The notes beneath the pieces were generated by a model, which saw only the letters and a list, made by a program, of their open reading frames with translations, was not told the DNA's origin and did not search any database. Source: Cryomorphaceae bacterium (GTDB lineage Bacteria > Bacteroidota > Bacteroidia > Flavobacteriales > Schleiferiaceae). From it: a stretch of DNA of 32,291 nucleotides. Made by a program: the position numbers and the translations under genes. The DNA is taken from assembly GCA_003451355.1 (NCBI GenBank), contig DMDX01000015.1:1-32291 (forward strand), given 5' to 3'. This document shows, in pieces, positions 1-8,755 of the stretch (positions are counted from its first letter, which is position 1; each line of letters opens with the position of its first letter).

Positions 1-123
1 TTCTCCGCGGAGACTGCGAATCTCATCGATTCGACGGTCTACAATCTGAAGACTATACAGGGCTCGAAGTTTTTCTTCGACTGAAGGCGAAGCGACGTTT
101 GATGAAGGTGACTTTTTAGCCAT
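1..123 (-). CDS. COG1579/DUF164-type zinc-ribbon coiled-coil protein, first 41 codons only (gene continues past the left edge)
   Basis: Not in the ORF track. The reverse complement of 1-123 reads MAKKSPSSNVASPSVEEKLRALYSLQIVDRRIDEIRSLRGE with no stop before the window edge. The ATG (121-123) overlaps the Nif3 stop (116-118) by 8 nt. The LRALYxLQxxDxxIDEI opening and the position directly after a Nif3 gene match what I recall for this family. Confidence 0.55.
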   Translation of the reverse strand, partial: MAKKSPSSNVASPSVEEKLRALYSLQIVDRRIDEIRSLRGE

Positions 124-1225
124 GGTTTAGGTATGTACGTACGGGACGGTTATTTGTCTCCGAAATTAGGACTGCAAAAGTAACGAATTCTAAGCGAATA
201 GCCTCGGCCCAATCTTCAATAAATGGCAGCTCACTTTCACCATGCCCTACATCGACGAGTACAATTCCGCCGGGAGTATCCTGAAAGCCGTGGTACTTCG
301 CATCCCCAGTAACGTAGACGTCTGCCCCGGTAGCAGCGGCTGCTTGAATAAATTCCGCTCCAGATCCGCCACAGACCGAAACTCTCTTCACCACTCGGTC
401 AAGATCCGCCCTACTGTAGCGCACTGCGTCTGACCCTAGTTGACGGGCAACGTGTGCAATAAAATCGCCCAACCGAACTGGTTCTCGAAGGTCACCCACT
501 GCACCATAACCCAAATCTGACCACGAATTATCTAATGAAATCCATGAATGTGCCACCTCTTCATACGGATGGACCCTCCACACCGCCTCTTGGACCCGAT
601 TTTTCAAAGCCACCGGAACCACGAACTCCAATCTCTGCTCGTGCGCAACTTCGCGAGTCCCGCGCGTACCCACAAATGGCATTGCACCTTCTAGTGGACG
701 AAAGGTCCCAGTTCCGACCGAGGCAAAATGGCACTCATCGTAGTTGCCGAGATGTCCCGCACCTGCTGTAAAGGCCGCTTCGGCAACAATTGGAGCAAAT
801 TCGTTCGGAACATACACCACTAACTGCAGCAATTCACCGGTACGCGGCATCATAACCTTGGTGTTTTCAAGCCCTAAACGCCGCGAAAGAGAAAAACTCA
901 CTCCGCCCGCAATACTATCCCAATTCGTGTGTCCGGCATACAACGCGATATCGTGGCGTACCGCAAAGGCAACCGTCCGTTCAGATACCGTTTTACCCGT
1001 AAGGCGCTTCAATCCTTTAAAAATAATCGGGTGGTGGCTCAGCACCACATTGCATCCCCGCACGACCGCCTCAAGCAATACCTCCTCATCGACATCAAGA
1101 CAGCACAGTACCCCGGTGATGACCGCATTAGGGTCACCGACTAAAAGACCTGAATTATCATAGGATTCCTGTAAGCGCAGTGGTGCGCGCTGTTCTAACC
1201 AATCCACAAGAACACTAACCGTCAT
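116..1225 (-). CDS. Nif3-like dinuclear metal centre protein (long YqfO-type form with inserted domain)
   Basis: ORF-track protein with the Nif3 hallmarks YDNSGLLVGD, VVLSHHPIIF, YAGHTNWD and C-terminal GDAKYH...VDVGHGESE. I place the start at the ATG at 1223-1225 (MTVSVLVDWLE...). The track start at 1240 is a TTG lying inside the upstream terminator T-run. Confidence 0.9.
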   Translation of the reverse strand: MTVSVLVDWLEQRAPLRLQESYDNSGLLVGDPNAVITGVLCCLDVDEEVLLEAVVRGCNVVLSHHPIIFKGLKRLTGKTVSERTVAFAVRHDIALYAGHTNWDSIAGGVSFSLSRRLGLENTKVMMPRTGELLQLVVYVPNEFAPIVAEAAFTAGAGHLGNYDECHFASVGTGTFRPLEGAMPFVGTRGTREVAHEQRLEFVVPVALKNRVQEAVWRVHPYEEVAHSWISLDNSWSDLGYGAVGDLREPVRLGDFIAHVARQLGSDAVRYSRADLDRVVKRVSVCGGSGAEFIQAAAATGADVYVTGDAKYHGFQDTPGGIVLVDVGHGESELPFIEDWAEAIRLEFVTFAVLISETNNRPVRTYLNHG

Positions 1226-1230
1226 CCTGC

Positions 1231-1264
1231 AAAGAAACAAAAAAGGCCGCCCATGTGGGCGGCC
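1231..1264 (-). terminator. Rho-independent terminator after rpsA
   Basis: Perfect palindrome GGCCGCCCA/TGGGCGGCC (1245-1264). On the minus strand it is followed by TTTTTTGTTTCTTT (1231-1244). It lies 25 nt after the rpsA stop. Confidence 0.85.
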
Positions 1265-1288
1265 CGTATCAATGAATGAGGCGTGGGA

Positions 1289-3265
1289 TTACTCCTTGCC
1301 TTCCATTTCTTCTTTGAGGCGAGCTAGGCTATCGAGGTCACCAAGGGTCGACTTCTCAACCTGTGCATTGATCGACTGAACGGACGTCTTACCACCAGAT
1401 CCTTTACCTCCGCGCTTACCTTTTCCACCTTCATCAACGTCATCCGCGCTTCCGCCCTTAAACGTTTGAGTATGCGAAACAAGAATGCGACGTGAATCAC
1501 GATTGAATTCAATTACGCGGAATTCTATCTCCTCACCTACTGCAATGCTTGAGTTGTCCTCTTTAGTTGCATGACGTGGTGGACAGTAGGCTTCAATTTC
1601 TTGGTTTGCGAACCACACATTAAAACCTTTATCTGCTGCAGATTTTACAGAACCTGTATGGCTGCTGCCCACTGAGAACAAATCTTCAAGGCTATCCCAT
1701 GGGTTGTCATTCACTTGCTTGTGACCAAGGCTAAGGCGACGGTTATCAACATCAATATCCAAAACTTTAACCTCAAGCTCTGCACCAACCGAAGTAAACT
1801 CGCTTGGGTGCTTTACTTTTTTCAGCCAAGACAAATCACTAATGTGAATAAGTCCGTCAATACCCTCTTCAAGCTCGAGGAACACCCCAAAATTGGTGAA
1901 GTTGCGAACCTTTCCAGTATGCTGTGAACCTACAGGGTACTTTGCCGTGATGCTTGACCAAGGGTCTGGTGTCAATTGCTTGATGCCCAGTGACATTTTA
2001 CGCTCTTCGCGGTCTACTGAGAGTACTGAGGCTTGAACTACGTCTCCAACTTTGAAGAAATCTTGTGCGGAACGCAGGTGCGATCCCCAACTCATTTCAG
2101 AAACGTGAACTAATCCCTCTACACCTGGTGCAACTTCAATGAACGCACCGTAGTCTGCGAGAACCACAACTTTTCCTTTAATCGTATCGCCTGCTGCAAT
2201 ATTTTGGTCGAGTGCCTCCCACGGATGAGCAGAGAGCTGCTTAAGACCCAATTGAATACGCGTCTTGGCTTCATCAAAGTCCAAAATAACTACATTGAGC
2301 TTCTGATCGAGCTCGACCACCTCTGACGGGTGGTTGATACGGCTCCATGAAAGGTCTGTGATGTGTACGAGTCCGTCCACACCGCCAAGATCGATGAATA
2401 CCCCGTAGCTCGTGATGTTCTTGACCACCCCCTCGAGGACTTGACCCTTTTCGAGTTGGCCAATGATATTGCGCTTCTGTTCTTCGAGATCGGCCTCAAT
2501 AAGGGCCTTGTGCGATACCACCACATTCTTAAACTCGTGGTTGATCTTGACAATTTTGAATTCCATGGTCTTATCGACATAGATATCGTAGTCGCGAATT
2601 GGCTTCACGTCGATTTGAGATCCCGGCAAGAACGCCTCGAGACCAAATACATCGACAATCATACCGCCTTTGGTGCGTGCCTTCACGTAACCTTGAACAA
2701 TTTCCTCAGCTTCAAAAGCTTCATTCACACGGTCCCATGCCTTAATCGAACGGGCTTTACGGTGCGAAAGAACGAGTTGACCCAACTTATCTTCTTGCTT
2801 GTCAACGAGCACTTCAACAAGGTCCCCAACTTTGAGGTCTGGATTGTAGCGGAACTCATTCAAGGATACTACACCCTCTGACTTTGACGAGATATCGATG
2901 ATCACATCGCGATCTGTCATTTGTACGACTACACCGCTAACTACTTGATGCTCTACGGAAGTAACTAGAGTTGCCTCATATAGGCCCTCCATATTTTTGT
3001 GCTCCTCACCACGAGCGCCAAGGCCAGACTCGTATGCGGTCCAATCAAATGAACTCTCTTCTTCTTCGTCTTCCAAAACCAACTCGAGGTCGTATTCTTC
3101 GACAGACTCGTCATTGGCCTCTAATTCAGTCGGGGTTGCAGAATCTTCTAAAGCCTCAACTTCAGGCGTAGATTCTACTTCGGTAACTTCGGGGGAAGCC
3201 TCCACTTCTGCAGCGGCTTGTTCTTGGATTTGGCCCTCCAATTCGGGGTTGAGCTCTTCAGACAT
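1289..3265 (-). CDS. rpsA: 30S ribosomal protein S1
   Basis: Six tandem S1/OB repeats are visible in the translation (for example VVSGVVVQMTDRDVIID, IVQGYVKARTKGGMIVDV, VLEGVVKNITSYGVFIDLGG, TIKGKVVVLADYGAFIEV, QHTGKVRNFTNFGVFLEL). I place the start at the ATG at 3263-3265 (MSEELNPELEG...). The 39 upstream codons in the ORF track look like non-coding leader and contain the predicted promoter. Confidence 0.93.
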   Translation of the reverse strand: MSEELNPELEGQIQEQAAAEVEASPEVTEVESTPEVEALEDSATPTELEANDESVEEYDLELVLEDEEEESSFDWTAYESGLGARGEEHKNMEGLYEATLVTSVEHQVVSGVVVQMTDRDVIIDISSKSEGVVSLNEFRYNPDLKVGDLVEVLVDKQEDKLGQLVLSHRKARSIKAWDRVNEAFEAEEIVQGYVKARTKGGMIVDVFGLEAFLPGSQIDVKPIRDYDIYVDKTMEFKIVKINHEFKNVVVSHKALIEADLEEQKRNIIGQLEKGQVLEGVVKNITSYGVFIDLGGVDGLVHITDLSWSRINHPSEVVELDQKLNVVILDFDEAKTRIQLGLKQLSAHPWEALDQNIAAGDTIKGKVVVLADYGAFIEVAPGVEGLVHVSEMSWGSHLRSAQDFFKVGDVVQASVLSVDREERKMSLGIKQLTPDPWSSITAKYPVGSQHTGKVRNFTNFGVFLELEEGIDGLIHISDLSWLKKVKHPSEFTSVGAELEVKVLDIDVDNRRLSLGHKQVNDNPWDSLEDLFSVGSSHTGSVKSAADKGFNVWFANQEIEAYCPPRHATKEDNSSIAVGEEIEFRVIEFNRDSRRILVSHTQTFKGGSADDVDEGGKGKRGGKGSGGKTSVQSINAQVEKSTLGDLDSLARLKEEMEGKE

Positions 3266-3373
3266 GAGCTTGGGGTCTTGTATCTGGCGCACGGAAAGGA
3301 CTAAAGCGCAGCGCCGAGAGACGTTAAGTATTGATTCCCAATTTGGCGTCCTTTCGCAACGCGTACCAAAATA

Positions 3374-3387
3374 GGACTGCAAAGGTA
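3374..3387 (-). promoter_or_regulatory. Bacteroidota-type -7 promoter box for rpsA (TACCTTTGCAGTCC)
   Basis: The minus strand reads TACCTTTG, matching the TAnnTTTG consensus, followed by CAGTCC. It lies just downstream of the gltA terminator and about 110 nt upstream of the rpsA ATG. The same 10-mer TTTGCAGTCC occurs at 169-178 and 24132-24141. Confidence 0.6.
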
Positions 3388-3417
3388 CAAAAAATCAAAC
3401 CTCACAGGTACAAGTCC

Positions 3418-3447
3418 ATAAAAAAAGCCCGGGCGTTGGCCAGGGCT
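3418..3447 (-). terminator. Rho-independent terminator after gltA
   Basis: Hairpin AGCCCGG...CCAGGGCT (3426-3447, one bulge), followed on the minus strand by TTTTTTTAT. It lies 18 nt after the gltA stop. Confidence 0.75.
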
Positions 3448-3464
3448 TCTTTCGCTCTGCGCAC

Positions 3465-4790
3465 TTAGGCGTTGAACTTCTTTTTAAGTAAGTCGGTCGT
3501 CGTTGAACCCGGTCGCTCAAGCGGCATTGCCAACGCCCGATCCCAAATCAAATTCGTAAGCACCCCAAGCGCACGCGAAACTCCGAAAAGAACAGTGTAA
3601 AAGTCGTACTCCACCATACCGTAGTGCATCAGCAATTGACCGCTGTGCGCATCGACATTGGGGAATGGATTCTTAACCTTTCCAGTAGACTCAAGAATAC
3701 CGGGCACTACTTCAAAAATATTTGAAATAACCTTGAACAAGGGGTCTTCTGGCATGTGCTTCTGGGCAAACTCACGCTGGGCCATGTAGCGGGGGTCAGT
3801 CTTGCGAAGCACGGCGTGCCCGAATCCCGGAACCACCTTTCCCGCGGCCATGGTATCGTGAACATACTTCGCAATTTGCTCCTTACTCGGCTCTTGCGTA
3901 CCCAAATCTTCGAGCATTTCAAACGTCCACTTGATTACCTCTTGGTTGGCAAGTCCGTGCAAAGGACCAGCCAAACCATTCATGCCCGCAGCGAAGCTTT
4001 GGTAGGCATCACTCAACGCAGAACCGACCAAATGCACAGCATGCGCCGAAACGTTTCCACCTTCGTGGTCCGAGTGAATCGTCATGTACAAACGCATCAA
4101 TTCACGGAACTCTTCGTTGTCGTACCCCAGCATGTGGGCAAAGTTTCCGGCCCAATCCAACTTGGGATCTGGCTCAATGTGTTCGCCCCTTTTGTACGTA
4201 CGTCGGTAGATGTAGGCCGCAACACGCGGAAGGCGCGCAATCAGATTCATCGCATCTTCATACGTGTACTCCCAGTACTCGGACTTGCTGATCCCGCGCG
4301 CATAGGCCTTGCTAAACTCTGACTCGGTGCGAAGTGCCATAATCCCAACTACAAACTGGGTCATTGGGTGCGCCCGCCGAGGTAGTGCATCAATAGCCTT
4401 AAAAACGTGAAGCGGAACAATCGCCCGACGAGCCCAGCTGTTGCTAAGTCTGCGCACGTCATCGTCGTTCGGCATTTCATTCATCAGGATCAAATGAAAA
4501 AGTGCCTCAGGCAGGGGCTCCTGACCACCCGGGTACTTTGGCAAAAGACTTTGAAGCTCCGGAATACTATAGCCTCTGAAGCGAATGCCTTCTTCGGGGT
4601 CAAGTTTTGATGTTTCGCATATCAACGCATTCATACCGCGCATGCCCTGATAAATTTGAGCCACCGTGATTTCTCCTAGTGATTTATCTCCGTGTTCTGC
4701 GACAAAAGCCTTTACCTCGGCTTGCGCAGGGCCAATCTTAGACGCGAAACGGTCTTTAATTCGGTCGTTGGTGTAGATAATTTCGTTCAT
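3465..4790 (-). CDS. gltA: Citrate synthase, eukaryotic/mitochondrial-like type
   Basis: 441 aa. The translation contains [52 protein letters not shown] and [15 protein letters not shown], which are the citrate synthase catalytic His/Arg motifs. The N-terminal half closely resembles mitochondrial citrate synthase. Confidence 0.95.
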   Translation of the reverse strand: MNEIIYTNDRIKDRFASKIGPAQAEVKAFVAEHGDKSLGEITVAQIYQGMRGMNALICETSKLDPEEGIRFRGYSIPELQSLLPKYPGGQEPLPEALFHLILMNEMPNDDDVRRLSNSWARRAIVPLHVFKAIDALPRRAHPMTQFVVGIMALRTESEFSKAYARGISKSEYWEYTYEDAMNLIARLPRVAAYIYRRTYKRGEHIEPDPKLDWAGNFAHMLGYDNEEFRELMRLYMTIHSDHEGGNVSAHAVHLVGSALSDAYQSFAAGMNGLAGPLHGLANQEVIKWTFEMLEDLGTQEPSKEQIAKYVHDTMAAGKVVPGFGHAVLRKTDPRYMAQREFAQKHMPEDPLFKVISNIFEVVPGILESTGKVKNPFPNVDAHSGQLLMHYGMVEYDFYTVLFGVSRALGVLTNLIWDRALAMPLERPGSTTTDLLKKKFNA

Positions 4791-4793
4791 AGC

Positions 4794-6074
4794 TTATTTC
4801 AAATTTGCTCCCGGGTAAATTGCTGTTGATCCGAGCATCTCTTCAATGCGAAGGAGCTGGTTATACTTCGCCATTCGGTCTGAACGCGATGCGGAACCGG
4901 TCTTAATCTGACCGGTATTCAACGCTACAGCCAAATCCGCAATCGTCGAATCCTCAGTTTCTCCGGAACGGTGCGACATGATGCACGTCATTCCGTTGCG
5001 CTGCGCCTTTTGCACCGTGGCAATAGTTTCAGTAAGCGTTCCGATTTGGTTCACCTTGACGAGTACCGAATTCGCCGAATTGAGCTCAATACCCTTGGTC
5101 ACGCGATCTACATTGGTCACAAATAGGTCATCACCTACGATTTGAACGCGGTTTCCGATGGCGGAATTCAACTTCGACCAACCATTCCAGTCGTCTTCAG
5201 CAAGGCCATCTTCAATCGAAAGGATGGGGTATTGGTTCACCCAATTAGTCCAGTACGACACCACCTCGTCGGTGGTCATCGTGGCTCCGCCCGACTTCTT
5301 AAACGTGTACAAACCGGTCTTCTCGTCGTAGAGTTCGGTCATCGCGGCATCCATGGCGATGTACAAGTCCTTACCTGCGGTAAATCCGGCTTTCGTGATT
5401 GCTTCAAGGACGGTCTCAATGGCCTCCTCATTCGAGCGAATATTCGGCGCAAATCCGCCCTCATCGCCCACATTCGTGCTGTAGCCCTTCGCCTTCAGCA
5501 CCGACTTGAGGTGGTGAAAAACTTCGGTACCCATTTGTAGACCCTGACTAAAGCTCGTGGCACCCACAGGCATGACCATGAATTCTTGAAAATCGATGGC
5601 GTTGTCTGCGTGCGCACCTCCGTTCAAAATGTTCATCATCGGAACCGGCAGCGTACGCGCCGTCACTCCCCCTACGTACTGAAAGAGCGGAAGGCCGCTC
5701 GCCTGTGCTGCAGCACGCGCGGCAGCAAGCGATACCGCCAAAATCGCGTTGGCACCAAGGCGCGCTTTGTTGGGCGTTCCATCGGCATCGAGCATGGCCA
5801 TGTCTAATTCGGCTTGGTCGGTAACCTCAAGGCCAACTACGGCTTGGGCAAGCTCGTTGTTGACATGATCTACCGCCTTGAGCACTCCTTTACCGAGGTA
5901 GACGGCGGAATCTCCATCGCGAAGCTCCACCGCTTCGTGGGCGCCCGTCGAGGCTCCAGAAGGTACTGCGGCCCGGCCAAAATGGCCCGAATCGGTAACC
6001 ACATCGGCTTCGACCGTGGGGTTTCCGCGTGAATCAAGTATCTGACGTGCGTAAACTGAAGTAACTGTAGGCAT
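4794..6074 (-). CDS. eno: Enolase (phosphopyruvate hydratase)
   Basis: 426 aa. The translation contains [39 protein letters not shown] and [11 protein letters not shown], the enolase signature. Confidence 0.97.
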   Translation of the reverse strand: MPTVTSVYARQILDSRGNPTVEADVVTDSGHFGRAAVPSGASTGAHEAVELRDGDSAVYLGKGVLKAVDHVNNELAQAVVGLEVTDQAELDMAMLDADGTPNKARLGANAILAVSLAAARAAAQASGLPLFQYVGGVTARTLPVPMMNILNGGAHADNAIDFQEFMVMPVGATSFSQGLQMGTEVFHHLKSVLKAKGYSTNVGDEGGFAPNIRSNEEAIETVLEAITKAGFTAGKDLYIAMDAAMTELYDEKTGLYTFKKSGGATMTTDEVVSYWTNWVNQYPILSIEDGLAEDDWNGWSKLNSAIGNRVQIVGDDLFVTNVDRVTKGIELNSANSVLVKVNQIGTLTETIATVQKAQRNGMTCIMSHRSGETEDSTIADLAVALNTGQIKTGSASRSDRMAKYNQLLRIEEMLGSTAIYPGANLK

Positions 6075-6076
6075 GG

Positions 6077-7171
6077 TTAAGCTGGGATTTTAGCGCTCAT
6101 TAAGGCGACGAATTCATCAAAGAGGTATTGGGCATCGTGCGGACCCGGAGAAGCCTCTGGGTGGTACTGCACGCTAAATACGGGAACATCTGTGCGCCGA
6201 ATTCCGGCAACCGTTCCATCGTTGAGGTGAACATGAGTCAGGGTGACATTCGGCGCCGACTCAACATCCTGCATCGCAACCGCAAAACCGTGGTTCTGCG
6301 AAGTGATTTCACCTTTTCCCGTCGCAAGATTCTTCACGGGGTGGTTAATTCCGCGGTGACCATTATGCATTTTATAGGTGCTCAATCCCGAGGCCAACGC
6401 AATCATTTGGTGCCCCAAGCAAATTCCGAATGTGGGTTTGCCTGAATCCAAGATTTCACGCACCGTCTCGATCACCTGAGGACTCGCCGCGGGATCGCCT
6501 GGACCGTTCGACAAGAAGAATCCATCAGGCGCGTCCGCGGAGAGGACATCAAACGGAGTATTGTACGGATATACCGTAACTCGACAGCCAACGCGAACCA
6601 AGTTCCGAAGAATATTGCGCTTCACCCCAAGGTCAAGAGCTGCAACGTGAAACTCCGCATTGCGATCACCAACTGTATAGGGCTCAGATGTGCTCACGTG
6701 CGAACACAACTCCAGACCTTCCATGTTCGGGGCATCCAGGAGGCGCTGCTGCGCAGCTTCTAAGGACAACTCGGTGGTTATCACCGCGTTTTGTGCTCCG
6801 AAATCACGGATGTGCTGCACGAGTGCACGGGTATCGACATCCGCAATTACCACAGAATCGTTCATGAATTCTTTTAAACTCTTGTGGTTCCCTCGCACCC
6901 GCGAAGCTAATTCGCTGAAACTCTTACAAACTAGTCCCGAGATCTGAACGTCAAATGACTCGCTTTCTTCAGATTCTACACCATAGTTACCAATATGAGC
7001 AGTCGCCGTAACCATTATCTGGCCCTTGTAACTTGGATCCGTGAAAATCTCTTGATATCCGGTCATCCCGGTGTTAAAGCAAATCTCCCCCACTGACGTT
7101 CCGTCAATTCCGACAGAGGCGCCCTCAAACAAGGTGCCGTCTGCGAGAAGTACAAAGGCTTTTGAACTCAT
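6077..7171 (-). CDS. carA: Carbamoyl-phosphate synthase small (glutamine amidotransferase) subunit
   Basis: 364 aa counted from the ATG at 7169-7171 ([13 protein letters not shown]...). The CPSase small-chain N-terminal domain has [21 protein letters not shown]. The class-I GATase triad motifs GICLGHQ and [11 protein letters not shown] are present. The track start at 7177 is a TTG. Confidence 0.95.
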   Translation of the reverse strand: MSSKAFVLLADGTLFEGASVGIDGTSVGEICFNTGMTGYQEIFTDPSYKGQIMVTATAHIGNYGVESEESESFDVQISGLVCKSFSELASRVRGNHKSLKEFMNDSVVIADVDTRALVQHIRDFGAQNAVITTELSLEAAQQRLLDAPNMEGLELCSHVSTSEPYTVGDRNAEFHVAALDLGVKRNILRNLVRVGCRVTVYPYNTPFDVLSADAPDGFFLSNGPGDPAASPQVIETVREILDSGKPTFGICLGHQMIALASGLSTYKMHNGHRGINHPVKNLATGKGEITSQNHGFAVAMQDVESAPNVTLTHVHLNDGTVAGIRRTDVPVFSVQYHPEASPGPHDAQYLFDEFVALMSAKIPA

Positions 7172-7193
7172 TATCAATACTTAAGAATTGGGC

Positions 7194-7225
7194 ACAAAAA
7201 AAGGATAAGGGGACACCTTATCCTT
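7194..7225 (-). terminator. Strong rho-independent terminator after rplQ
   Basis: A 9-10 bp stem AAGGATAAGG/CTTATCCTT (7201-7225), followed on the minus strand by a run of nine T. It lies 25 nt after the rplQ stop and only about 24 nt before the carA ATG. Confidence 0.85.
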
Positions 7226-7249
7226 TGCAAAGTACGAGCCAAACACGGT

Positions 7250-7756
7250 TTATTCCGCTTCGTTCGTTTCGTTGTTTTCAACTATTTCCGGAGTCTCAGT
7301 TGACACCTCATTCGCTGGGGTTGCAGCAGGAGCAGCAACCTTTGAACGACCACGACGAGTTGACTTCTTAGCTTCCTTCTTGGCGTTCGTGTAGATTTCG
7401 TTAAAATCAACTAACTCAATCATTGCCATCTCAGCGTTGTCACCCAAACGGGTACCTGTCTTAATGATACGGGTGTAACCACCTGGCCGATCTCCAACTT
7501 TGACAGCAACCTCGCGGAACAACTCGGTGACAGCGTCCTTACTCTGAAGGTACGAAAACACCATACGGCGATTGTGTGTACTATCGGTCTTTGAGCGTGT
7601 AACCAATGGCTCAACGTACTTCTTAAGTTCCTTAGCCTTTGCCAACGTCGTATTGATACGCTTGTGCGTGATCAGCGAGGCCGCCATATTGCTCAGCATC
7701 GCCTTGCGGTGCGAAGCCGTACGTCCTAAGTGATTAAATTTCTTGCCGTGACGCAT
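7250..7756 (-). CDS. rplQ: 50S ribosomal protein L17
   Basis: 168 aa. It starts [21 protein letters not shown], sits after rpoA, and has a charged Ala/Pro/Glu C-terminal tail. Confidence 0.97.
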   Translation of the reverse strand: MRHGKKFNHLGRTASHRKAMLSNMAASLITHKRINTTLAKAKELKKYVEPLVTRSKTDSTHNRRMVFSYLQSKDAVTELFREVAVKVGDRPGGYTRIIKTGTRLGDNAEMAMIELVDFNEIYTNAKKEAKKSTRRGRSKVAAPAATPANEVSTETPEIVENNETNEAE

Positions 7757-7759
7757 GTC

Positions 7760-8752
7760 TTATTCTTTATCGAGTTTGTACTTGGTTACATCCATTCCGA
7801 ACGTCAGACCTAGGCGAACCACAAGATCTTCGAGCTCAGTGAGCGACTTTTTGCCAAAATTGCGGAACTTCATCAAATCAGCCTTGGTGTACGACACCAA
7901 GTCAGATACGAGCTCCACCTCGGCTGCTTTGAGGCAGTTAAGTGCGCGAACACTCAGTTCAAGCTCAGTGAGGGGGCGCATCAACAGCTTACGCATTTCT
8001 AAAACCTCCTCATCGTAGGCCTCAGACTCGACTGCAACTTCAACCTCAGTAATCATGCGCTCGTCAGTGAAGAGCATGAAGTGTTGAATCAAAATGTGCG
8101 CAGCTTCAGTCAACGCATCAACCGGCGCAATTGAGCCATCACTTTCAATGTTAAGCACGAGCTTTTCGAAGTCTGTCTTCTGCTCAACGCGGAAGTTCTC
8201 AACTTCGTAGCTCACATTCTTCATCGGAGTGTAAATCGAATCCATGAAAATGGTTCCAATCGCAGCGTCGACCTTTTTATTCTCCTCTGCTGGCACATAT
8301 CCACGACCCTTCTCAACTGTGAATTCCATTTCAAGTTTAATTGATGGATCCATGTTGCAAATCACCAATTCGGGATTGAGTACTTGGAAGTTGGTCAAAA
8401 AAGCAGAAAGATCACCGGCTTTAAATGCGTCTTTACCAGAAACAACAACTTTTAATGTTTCACCTTCTACGCCATCAATCTGACGTTTAAAGCGAACCTG
8501 CTTCAGGTTGAGGATCATTTCAGTAACGTCCTCAACAACACCTTTGATGGTTGAGAATTCATGCTCCACACCGTTGATGCGAACACTCGTGAAGGCGTAG
8601 CCCTCAAGAGAATTTAACAACACACGGCGAAGTGCGTTACCGACCGTGAGGCCAAAACCAGGTTCCAAAGGGCGGAACTCGAACTGACCAATGGTCTCCG
8701 ACGTCGAAATGACGTGGGCTTTGTCAGGTTTTTGAAAAGGTAGAATCGGCAT
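7760..8752 (-). CDS. rpoA: DNA-directed RNA polymerase subunit alpha
   Basis: 330 aa. The N-terminal assembly domain has GNALRRVLL. The C-terminal alpha-CTD has [14 protein letters not shown]. It lies between rpsD and rplQ. Confidence 0.97.
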   Translation of the reverse strand: MPILPFQKPDKAHVISTSETIGQFEFRPLEPGFGLTVGNALRRVLLNSLEGYAFTSVRINGVEHEFSTIKGVVEDVTEMILNLKQVRFKRQIDGVEGETLKVVVSGKDAFKAGDLSAFLTNFQVLNPELVICNMDPSIKLEMEFTVEKGRGYVPAEENKKVDAAIGTIFMDSIYTPMKNVSYEVENFRVEQKTDFEKLVLNIESDGSIAPVDALTEAAHILIQHFMLFTDERMITEVEVAVESEAYDEEVLEMRKLLMRPLTELELSVRALNCLKAAEVELVSDLVSYTKADLMKFRNFGKKSLTELEDLVVRLGLTFGMDVTKYKLDKE

Positions 8753-8755
8753 AAC

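Noticed and set aside
2363-2881. Long antisense or alternative-frame ORFs inside core genes: 2363-2881 (+) in rpsA, 3756-4322 (+) in gltA, 24843-25352 (-) and 24881-25255 (-) in uvrD, 9019-9504 (-) spanning rpsD/rpsK, 744-1163 (+) in Nif3 and 5142-5540 (+) in eno.
   Set aside because: Each overlaps a conserved housekeeping CDS with a clear protein signature. Their translations are low-complexity with no family resemblance. One of them (9019-9504) would have to bridge two ribosomal protein genes in a different frame.
3266-3382. The 39-codon N-terminal extension of the rpsA ORF in the track (MQSYFGTRCERTPNWESILNV...).
   Set aside because: The extension has no S1-like or acidic character, and it begins 5 nt inside the predicted promoter box at 3374-3387. 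The ATG at 3265 gives a sensible MSEEL... start. I treat 3266-3373 as 5' UTR.
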